Virus record (IMG/VR): IMGVR_UViG_3300027396_000061
Span: 1-33,042 of that record
Source: a virus
Lineage: Duplodnaviria; Caudoviricetes
DNA: 33,042 nucleotides
Reading direction: 5' to 3' (one strand)
Under the pieces are notes generated by a model. The model had not been told where the DNA came from. It made no database searches and saw only the letters and a list, made by a program, of their open reading frames with translations. The translations under genes were made by a program, and so were the position numbers. This document shows, piece after piece, positions 26,380 through 33,042 of the stretch. Every line of letters begins with the position of its first letter. Within the stretch, counting starts at the first letter, position 1.

Positions 26380-28734
26380 TCAACTGAAGCAGTAGGGGTT
26401 CTGGCCGATTTCACCTTCGCAAAGATCTCCAACCATCGGTGGGTGCGGTAGGTGTACGCCTGCCCTCTTGCCAATTTCTACCCGCATCTCAGCCAGCCAG
26501 TCCTGCCGATACAGAGCCGACAGCTCATGCAGCAACGCATGGTGCAACCAGTCCGCCCTGGCGGGGATCGTGGCGAAGCAGTCGTGGTTGGTCAGTACCG
26601 GAGTTTCGATCTGTGCACATCTGAGGACCACTGCCTGACAGTGGGCGGCATCAAAGGTGTGGATCGTGTTGGCGGTGATGCCGCGATTGGTTGCGCGAGC
26701 GCTCAGCTCACCCGGCTCCCAGCCGGCATCAGCCTGCTGCCAGCGCCGTGCACCATGAAGGTCCGTGCGCACCTTCTGCTGACGTTCCAGCTCATTACCA
26801 AGCGCGATCGGGAACCCCAGTGGACTGGTCCACTCAATCCGCTTCTGCTTCTTCACGCATAAAGCGCTGACTTTCCTGAGCCACTTCTCCAGCTCAACGC
26901 AGCTCTTCAGCTCAGCCCCAATCGCAATGTTCAGCTTGTGCGCCAGGTACTGCGCAGGAAGCGTGTACTCCCTTGCCCAGCGCTCAACCGGTACGTCAGG
27001 CTTCTTCTGCCGTAACCAGTCGATCAGTTGTTCAACGATTCCGAAATGACGAGCGCCATAGATCGTCGTCATGGTTGGCCCTTTGGCGAGGTCACGGCCG
27101 ATCGGGTACTGCAACCACATCTCAGCGAGACGTTGATCACGCGGGTCGAACGAATCCAGATCCGCCTGGAGGAGATTCAGCAGGCAGCCTGAGATGTAGG
27201 CATAGAGATCAGAACGTCGATCCCCGATGATGTTGGTGTGCAGCGCCAGCTGACGGTCACGGCACAGCGCACCGATGACCCCCATCCCGCTTGCGGTCTG
27301 GTCAAAGCGAATCGGCACCCCGCTGTAGAGGTCGCCAGCCACCACATCCGAGATGGCGCGTGCGATCTGGAGGAACTGCCAGGGATCCTTGGCGCTCTTC
27401 CAGAGATCCAAGCGATCCAACGGCTGCGCCGAAATTGCTTGCAGACGAGAGAGGTGGTCCCTACCCCACTCCACTCTCTCGTCCCAGGTGCAGTGGCCTA
27501 ACCCGTAGTGCCCAGCGGCGGCCGACAGCATCTGGTTGAACGCATCATCGTCAACCGCTTCCTTTTGCGCAAACGAGATCAGGGCCTTCTGATGATCAGG
27601 ACCCTGGTGACCAGCAATGCGGCTTGAGCAATACAGCCGGCCACGGAAGTCAAAGTCATGCTCCAGCCAGATCGGATAGCCCTGCACCTCGGTGAACTGC
27701 CGCAGTGACTCCTCGATCCGTGCACGCTCTGGCGCCTGCTGCGTCGCTAGCCACCGTTCCTGTGGGTCACGCTGCACTGAAAACAGACCAGGCAGGTTGC
27801 AGTCCCATGCCTCACGCTGCACCGCCACCATCCAGGGGTCGATCTGCAGCTGCTGCTGTTCCACGTAATTCACCACCTCCAACTGAGTGGCGCAGCTCTT
27901 GGCCGTGATGTGGGACAGATCCATCGGCCGGCGGCTGGAAACCAGCGCCTTGCCGTCACGCCTCACGTCGCACCAGGGTTCAGGCGGCACGATCGACGGC
28001 AGCATCCGTACCGGCAGTGGTCGCGGCGGGTTGAGGCGCACCACCTCAAGCACGTCCTCAGTAGGCAGCACCCGTGGGATCCGCTCATCACTGAAGGTGA
28101 TCAAGTTGGTGTTGGCAGCGATCACCTCCAGCAGCAACTGACCCAGCTCACGGCGGTCCTGCACCGTCCAACCCGATGGGTCCACATGCAACTGACCCAA
28201 CACTCGGGTTGAAACCGCACGCTTGCCGTACTCCTTCTTGACCATCTCAGCGAGCACCGCGCCGCGACCCCTCCGTAGGCGGATGGCCTTCAGTTCATCC
28301 TGCAAAGCGCGACCAATGCGCTTAGCCAGAATCGGTCGCTGTGGGGTGGTTGAGATCCCATCAATCACCACACCAAGAGCTATCGCCGCAATGGACCGTG
28401 GGCCGCGATCACAGAAGTGCAGTAGTAGCGGCCAAGCGCTGAAGTGCTTCCCCGCACGGGTGGGGTTCTCCAGCAGATCTGTGAGCAGCGCATCAATCGC
28501 AACCCCGACGCTTTCGCCATACAGCTCAAACAGGGCAGCCCCGTAACCCGTGGAACCTTCTCGGCCCTTATCCCTGAGGTTGCGCTGCATGGCCTCAGCA
28601 CGCTCCTTGGCCCGCCTGACCTCCCTCCTGAGCCTCTGCAGCTGCAGTTCATCCACCGGTGTGGAAGGCGCGTTTTCGGGTTTCACCGTGCAGAGTTGGC
28701 TGCTTTCAGCAGTAATTCCACCCCACCAGTGCAC
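26380..28734 (-). CDS. Single-subunit T7-like DNA-directed RNA polymerase
   Basis: DFRGRLY, motif A PIRFDQTASG, motif B RDLAKGPTMTTIYGA, ANTIHTFDAAH, motif C NHDCF. Exact start is uncertain (several GTGs). Confidence 0.95.
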   Translation of the reverse strand: MHWWGGITAESSQLCTVKPENAPSTPVDELQLQRLRREVRRAKERAEAMQRNLRDKGREGSTGYGAALFELYGESVGVAIDALLTDLLENPTRAGKHFSAWPLLLHFCDRGPRSIAAIALGVVIDGISTTPQRPILAKRIGRALQDELKAIRLRRGRGAVLAEMVKKEYGKRAVSTRVLGQLHVDPSGWTVQDRRELGQLLLEVIAANTNLITFSDERIPRVLPTEDVLEVVRLNPPRPLPVRMLPSIVPPEPWCDVRRDGKALVSSRRPMDLSHITAKSCATQLEVVNYVEQQQLQIDPWMVAVQREAWDCNLPGLFSVQRDPQERWLATQQAPERARIEESLRQFTEVQGYPIWLEHDFDFRGRLYCSSRIAGHQGPDHQKALISFAQKEAVDDDAFNQMLSAAAGHYGLGHCTWDERVEWGRDHLSRLQAISAQPLDRLDLWKSAKDPWQFLQIARAISDVVAGDLYSGVPIRFDQTASGMGVIGALCRDRQLALHTNIIGDRRSDLYAYISGCLLNLLQADLDSFDPRDQRLAEMWLQYPIGRDLAKGPTMTTIYGARHFGIVEQLIDWLRQKKPDVPVERWAREYTLPAQYLAHKLNIAIGAELKSCVELEKWLRKVSALCVKKQKRIEWTSPLGFPIALGNELERQQKVRTDLHGARRWQQADAGWEPGELSARATNRGITANTIHTFDAAHCQAVVLRCAQIETPVLTNHDCFATIPARADWLHHALLHELSALYRQDWLAEMRVEIGKRAGVHLPHPPMVGDLCEGEIGQNPYCFS

Positions 28735-28796
28735 ATCTTTGCCAGCAACGCTGGAAAGGCTTCAAACCATTCCAGCGCAACTGCTATGCACAGGTG
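28724..28796. promoter_or_regulatory. Nested inverted repeat upstream of RNAP
   Basis: CGCTGGAA(28749-56)/TTCCAGCG(28770-77) stem flanked by CACCAGTGCA(28724-33) and TGCACAGGTG(28787-96). Confidence 0.5.
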
Positions 28797-28813
28797 AATG
28801 GATCAAACGCGCT

Positions 28814-28844
<31 letters not shown>

Positions 28845-28869
28845 TGGTCCCGCCTTGTCCTGCAAGGGA

Positions 28870-29091
28870 TTAGAAGGATCCCGTGCTCTGCCGACTGCCG
28901 CAGTCTGCGGGGTTGAACCAGCAGAAATTGGCATCCGGTGGACGCAGGAACATTACAGCCTTCAACTCATCCAGCTGTTGGCGGTAGCGACGGGCGGATG
29001 CAAGCGCTTCAGCGGCCACCTCAAACGGGTCGGCTCCTGATTCCGCTAGCTCCTTCTTGATCTCCCTGATCTCTCTTTGCGCCGTGGTCAT
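28870..29091 (-). CDS. Small early hypothetical protein
   Basis: ATG 29091 with a GGAGGT RBS, helical N-terminus. Confidence 0.6.
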   Translation of the reverse strand: MTTAQREIREIKKELAESGADPFEVAAEALASARRYRQQLDELKAVMFLRPPDANFCWFNPADCGSRQSTGSF

Positions 29092-29181
29092 GGAGACCTC
29101 CAGCAATTTATGGACTAACTGTAACCAAACGATGCAGTTATCCCTAATACTTTCTGTGCACCGGTGGGCTACAACAGGCCA

Positions 29182-29772
29182 ATGATGAGCGACATCACCT
29201 TCTCCGCTGAGCGCTGGGCCGAGTTCTGGAAGTTCTTCCGTGGCGAACCGCAGCAGCTCAAGGCCATCGAGATCCTCCGGCAGCACATCCTGGAATCCGA
29301 CCCCTCGTTGCTGACCGAATCAGCAGCGTGGACGCAGGCTTTCCATGAGCGGCCCCCTGCACCAGCCGATTACCCGAACACCTGGGATGGGGTGAAGGCA
29401 GCAGCGCAGGCTTGCGGTGCCAAGTTCCCAGAGCTGGTTGCTGCTCAGTGGTCCCTGGAATCCGCCCACGGCACGGCTGTCAGCGGCAAGAACAACTTCT
29501 TCGGCATCAAGGGCAGCGGCTCGCAGCACGTCACCCAGGAAGAGGTGAACGGCCAGATGGTCACCATCACCGCTGGCTTCATCGACTTCCCCACCCTCAA
29601 GGACTCGGTGAACTACCTCGTGTCCCGCTGGTATCTGGATTACAAGGGCTACCAGGGGGTGAACCACTGCCGCACGGCTGAGGACGCGGCGTATGACCTC
29701 AAGCGCCAGGGTTACGCCACCGACAGCTCCTACCCGCAGAAGCTGGTCCGCATCATGCAGGAGCACCGATGA
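29182..29772 (+). CDS. Endolysin, GH73 glucosaminidase/FlgJ-like
   Basis: AAQWSLESAHG, NNFFGIKG, F.DF.TL.DSV, GYATDSSYPQKL. Confidence 0.88.
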   Translation: MMSDITFSAERWAEFWKFFRGEPQQLKAIEILRQHILESDPSLLTESAAWTQAFHERPPAPADYPNTWDGVKAAAQACGAKFPELVAAQWSLESAHGTAVSGKNNFFGIKGSGSQHVTQEEVNGQMVTITAGFIDFPTLKDSVNYLVSRWYLDYKGYQGVNHCRTAEDAAYDLKRQGYATDSSYPQKLVRIMQEHR

Positions 29773-30086
29773 AGCGAGCCAAGCTCGACCTCGGCGGCGG
29801 GATGCTCATCGAGACAGGCCCTGACTGGAATGGCCGCTACTACGTGGCCTATCGCAATGGCTGCTCGATGTTCTTCCGTGACGTGAAGCTGTTGCGGAAG
29901 TTCCTCAGCCTTCCGGTGAAGACCGATTCCAGGGCCAAGTTCGATGCCTGGATTGCAGAGGTCACAGCCGAGAGACCCAAGCTGCAACAGGAAGGAATCA
30001 GCCCTGAGCTAGCAGCTACCGGGTTCGGCCCTGAGGTTCACCTCGATGAGTCGGACCCGAACTTCCAAACACGGATGGTCACCTGA
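29769..30086 (+). CDS. Hypothetical protein coupled to lysin
   Basis: ATGA overlap with the lysin stop and typical codon usage. Confidence 0.65.
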   Translation: MKRAKLDLGGGMLIETGPDWNGRYYVAYRNGCSMFFRDVKLLRKFLSLPVKTDSRAKFDAWIAEVTAERPKLQQEGISPELAATGFGPEVHLDESDPNFQTRMVT

Positions 30087-30366
30087 ACGCCCTCGTCTCC
30101 AGCTCCTTCACCCGGTCTCTCAACGTGGTGATCTCACGTTCCAATGCCTGAGCGTGGAACTTTGCTTCCACTGATTCAGGCGCAGGAATGATCTTGCCGT
30201 CAGGTCCCAGCAGGATTCGTGTCGCCTGTTCGAGCTTGTCGATCCTGCCGTCCAGTTGAACGCCAGCACTGATCATCCAAGCCAACAAGCCACTGACAGC
30301 AGTGAGCAGTGCAGCGGCACCTGCTGCATGTTCCTTGGCGATCAGTGACTCTCTAGGGCTCGTCAT
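30079..30366 (-). CDS. Membrane protein with coiled coil (holin/spanin-like candidate)
   Basis: One hydrophobic helix followed by heptad patterns (LDGRIDKLE, LEREITTLRDRVKELE). Confidence 0.5.
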   Translation of the reverse strand: MTSPRESLIAKEHAAGAAALLTAVSGLLAWMISAGVQLDGRIDKLEQATRILLGPDGKIIPAPESVEAKFHAQALEREITTLRDRVKELETRAFR

Positions 30367-30602
30367 TCAGGTGGGTTACTGCGCAAGCCAATCAACGTGG
30401 CTAGCAATGCCGTGAGCACCTGCAGGGCACGGTTCTCCGCGTCTTCACAGACAGCAGGCTCATGTTGCAACTTGCCCTGCATGGCGGCATCAAACATCCG
30501 TGGTCCGATGTAAAAGGTGCAGGCTGCACTCCAACCCACAGACAGCACCGCAGTGGTGGCAACCACCAACACGATGCTGCTTGTGAGCCAACGAGGTGTC
30601 AT
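30363..30602 (-). CDS. Small two-TM membrane protein (holin candidate)
   Basis: Two hydrophobic segments, 79 aa, overlapping start/stop with both neighbours. Confidence 0.5.
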   Translation of the reverse strand: MTPRWLTSSIVLVVATTAVLSVGWSAACTFYIGPRMFDAAMQGKLQHEPAVCEDAENRALQVLTALLATLIGLRSNPPE

Positions 30603-33042
30603 CAGTTCACCTTGATGAAGTAGTTGACGGCGTAGGACTTGGGCTTGGTTTCAGCATCACCGCCGCCTGTGATTTGAACGGTGTGGGTGTGAGCGCCATC
30701 GCTATCCATCCACCGCCCAGAAACGTCTGCCACACCCCCTGCCGAGATACCTTCGCCAACTGTTTGAGCAGCGGGGTAATAGCCAGCACCCGAGTAAGCG
30801 CTCATCCGCCTTGACCACAGGTTGTGCGTATGGCCTCCGGCGGAGTCGGTTGAACCAGTGAAGGCGTTCTTTGGACGTGCAGTGCTGTCCTCAGTAAATC
30901 CGTTGAGCGCACCGCCGTCCCAACCAGACAGGCTCTGCCCAGCCATCCGCAGGAAGGAGCCCCGCAGGTCAGGCAGTGTTGTGGCACCAGTGAGAGTTGC
31001 GTAGGCAGTACCCGTGCAATCACCACCAGCAGCAAGACGCCACTTGCTGCCATCGGCGCCCATTGCAGTCTGGAACTGCTGAGGGGTCAGCACCGACTGA
31101 ATGATTGTTCCAACAGGAGTAGTGGAAACAGCTGTTGCTGTTGTGGCTACTGCCACCTTCACCCATGCCGTTCCATTCCAGTGCCACGTCTCAGCGACAT
31201 CTTCAACGAGGTGTGTCTCGTTAGTGCGGGGATCAGCGAACTGCCAGGCTGTGCCATCCCAGCGAGCCAGCTTTCCTGCGTGCCCAGCCCATAACCCAGT
31301 CGGGACTGTGCCCGTGATGTAGAGGTCGTTGAGTGTTGGTACAGCAGGAGGATCATTGGCAATCGCCATGACCGACTCCTCATGTTCCAACGTGGTGGTG
31401 AGGGTGGCGAGCTTGGTGTCGACCTCAACCTTGCTGTAGGCCGTGGCGGCGTTGTAGTAATCAGCCGTCCAGTTTTCCCAGTGATCAGTGTTGAACCGTA
31501 GCAGCTGATTCGTGACTGGAGTGGTGATGGTGACATCGCCAAGGTCTTTGAGGCCAGTTGGCACCAGATCCTTGAAGGCCAACCCACCGCCGATGGCACC
31601 AGCGGTTCGATGCACGCCATCGCCAGGTGCAGGGGGTGGCGGACTCCCCGGTGCTGTGAACACCGTGATGTCGCCGGTTGTGATGTTGATGTACTGATCA
31701 CCCGGCACTGGTGCCCAGACCTTGGGGTCAGGCTGGGTATCGGAACCCATGCCGTAGTTGTCGGCCCTGCTGGCAACCTTGCTGGCATCCCATGCGCCAG
31801 TGCCCAGGAAGATGATGGGGCTGGTGAGTGTCTTGGGCTCCCACCTCGCCAGGGTGTCATTCCAGACAGGCACCTGCCCATCCGTTGCGGTGGCTAGTTC
31901 GTTGCAATCGCCAAGGCTTTCAAGGCTCAGGCCGGCGATGTAGTTCTTGACCGCCTCCACTGATGGGACAGCGGAGATGTCGTTGGTGGCGGTGTTGATG
32001 TCGCTGACAAACTCCTCGATCACCTGGCCGGGGTGGCCGTCGAAGGTGATGCCAGCCACGTCCTCAATCGTGGTGCTGGCCACCCACTGATCACCAATCG
32101 GATCCCAGGTCAGGAACCGTGTCTCCCCATAGCTGCCAGGTGGCAGGGTCTCAACATTGCTCAGCTCCTCCAGCCGGATGCTCGGATGCGGAGTGATGTC
32201 CACCCATTTGTTGGCGGCAGTCACGGCTCCAGCCATGACATCAACAGTGACGCCGCTATCGGCTGTTGCTCTGAATGTTCCGGCAGCGCGGGTGACGGTG
32301 ACACTGAAGCCAGCTGTCAGGGTCGGTGCGCCAAAGGCAGTCAGCGCCGTGTTGCCCAGCATTGCTGCCTGGACATTGGTAGCCAGGCGTGATGCGACTG
32401 CATCGCCCGCAACGGTGGTGTAGTTGAAGCTGACAGGAGCCCCTCCACCTGTTGGGGTCAGAACGAAGTGGATTGTGGTGCCATCTGCCAGGCCATCTGG
32501 CATGGAGAACCGGAGGGCCGTGCCATCAGTTGGCGTACCCCCACCAGGAGTTGTTGCCCCAGGCTCCTCATCACCCGCGACGACGTTGGAAGTAGCTCGC
32601 CAGAAGGCTTGGTTGTGGCTGACAATCGAGCCTGATTCCCAGCTGGTATCGGTCCAGGGCTGGAAGCCCCCCAGACTCAGCCAACGCTGCTTGGAGAGCA
32701 GGTCGCCGCTGACGTGGACGTACTTGGATCCGTCACTTTGGATCCAGTCGCCTGGGTTCAGGACGCTGCCAACGAGCGCTGGCGCTAGTGGGGTGTCACC
32801 TGCTGTGACGACGTAGCCCGATGCTCCTGCCCAGGTCCAGTAGTAGCCACGGTTGACGGCAGCAGGCGCTGGCAGGGCGCTGATTCCAGGCTGCTGCAGG
32901 GTGCTGCGGAAGAGTGAACCGGCGGCAATCCACTGCTTGATCGTGTCCTCGCTCAGGCTCTCAACCCAGGCCGCACCATTCCAGAACTTGATCTCCTTGT
33001 GCAGGTTCTCAGCGGTGAACTGCACATCCCCCTGCTTCAGCT
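30602..33042 (-). CDS. Large tail fibre/virion protein with DUF2793-like and tail-collar motifs; 5' end outside window
   Basis: Frame is open to the window edge. Contains PP..P..ND.YI....PTGLWAGHAGKLA.WDGTAWQF..P (DUF2793-like), PVGTII...LPDLRGSFLR (collar) and GGHTH/AHTH...ETKPKSYAVNYFIK (fibre tip). Confidence 0.8.
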   Translation of the reverse strand, partial: LKQGDVQFTAENLHKEIKFWNGAAWVESLSEDTIKQWIAAGSLFRSTLQQPGISALPAPAAVNRGYYWTWAGASGYVVTAGDTPLAPALVGSVLNPGDWIQSDGSKYVHVSGDLLSKQRWLSLGGFQPWTDTSWESGSIVSHNQAFWRATSNVVAGDEEPGATTPGGGTPTDGTALRFSMPDGLADGTTIHFVLTPTGGGAPVSFNYTTVAGDAVASRLATNVQAAMLGNTALTAFGAPTLTAGFSVTVTRAAGTFRATADSGVTVDVMAGAVTAANKWVDITPHPSIRLEELSNVETLPPGSYGETRFLTWDPIGDQWVASTTIEDVAGITFDGHPGQVIEEFVSDINTATNDISAVPSVEAVKNYIAGLSLESLGDCNELATATDGQVPVWNDTLARWEPKTLTSPIIFLGTGAWDASKVASRADNYGMGSDTQPDPKVWAPVPGDQYINITTGDITVFTAPGSPPPPAPGDGVHRTAGAIGGGLAFKDLVPTGLKDLGDVTITTPVTNQLLRFNTDHWENWTADYYNAATAYSKVEVDTKLATLTTTLEHEESVMAIANDPPAVPTLNDLYITGTVPTGLWAGHAGKLARWDGTAWQFADPRTNETHLVEDVAETWHWNGTAWVKVAVATTATAVSTTPVGTIIQSVLTPQQFQTAMGADGSKWRLAAGGDCTGTAYATLTGATTLPDLRGSFLRMAGQSLSGWDGGALNGFTEDSTARPKNAFTGSTDSAGGHTHNLWSRRMSAYSGAGYYPAAQTVGEGISAGGVADVSGRWMDSDGAHTHTVQITGGGDAETKPKSYAVNYFIKVN

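Noticed and set aside
26286-26474. N-terminal extension of SSB in the ORF track
   Set aside because: Overlaps the RNAP C-terminus and the promoter-like gap. SSB similarity starts at ATG 26285.
33026-33042. The two edge ORFs would join in frame if the window were circularised (...ETRAV-E-LKQGDVQF...)
   Set aside because: This is a one-in-three coincidence. The Mtd fold needs its GGxW...RG C-terminus next, there is no terminal overlap, and the essential terminase would be missing.

Overview
Roughly 33 kb of a GC-rich T7-like (Autographiviridae-type) podophage, probably a picocyanobacterial phage (host is inferred, not shown). Nearly all genes are on the minus strand. From right to left: a partial large tail/fibre protein with DUF2793-like and collar motifs, two holin-like membrane genes, an opposite-strand GH73 lysin pair, single-subunit RNA polymerase, SSB, RusA, an initiator-like/helicase-loader-like pair, small genes, gp6 exonuclease, three gp6.7/7.3-like paralogues, portal, scaffold, capsid with terminator, tail tubes A/B, gp13, four internal virion proteins and a three-gene tail fibre chain. 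Main highlights: (1) an ORF missing from the ORF track (<1..1435, minus) encodes a Bordetella BPP-1 Mtd-like adhesin cut off where the DGR variable region should begin, which predicts a diversity-generating retroelement just outside the window; (2) the T7 DNA polymerase and primase-helicase are absent from their slot, apparently replaced by an NrdR-zinc-ribbon/initiator fusion plus a helicase loader; (3) a TGCACAGGTG(CA) box recurs upstream of several genes. All family calls come from motif recognition by eye, with no database searches.
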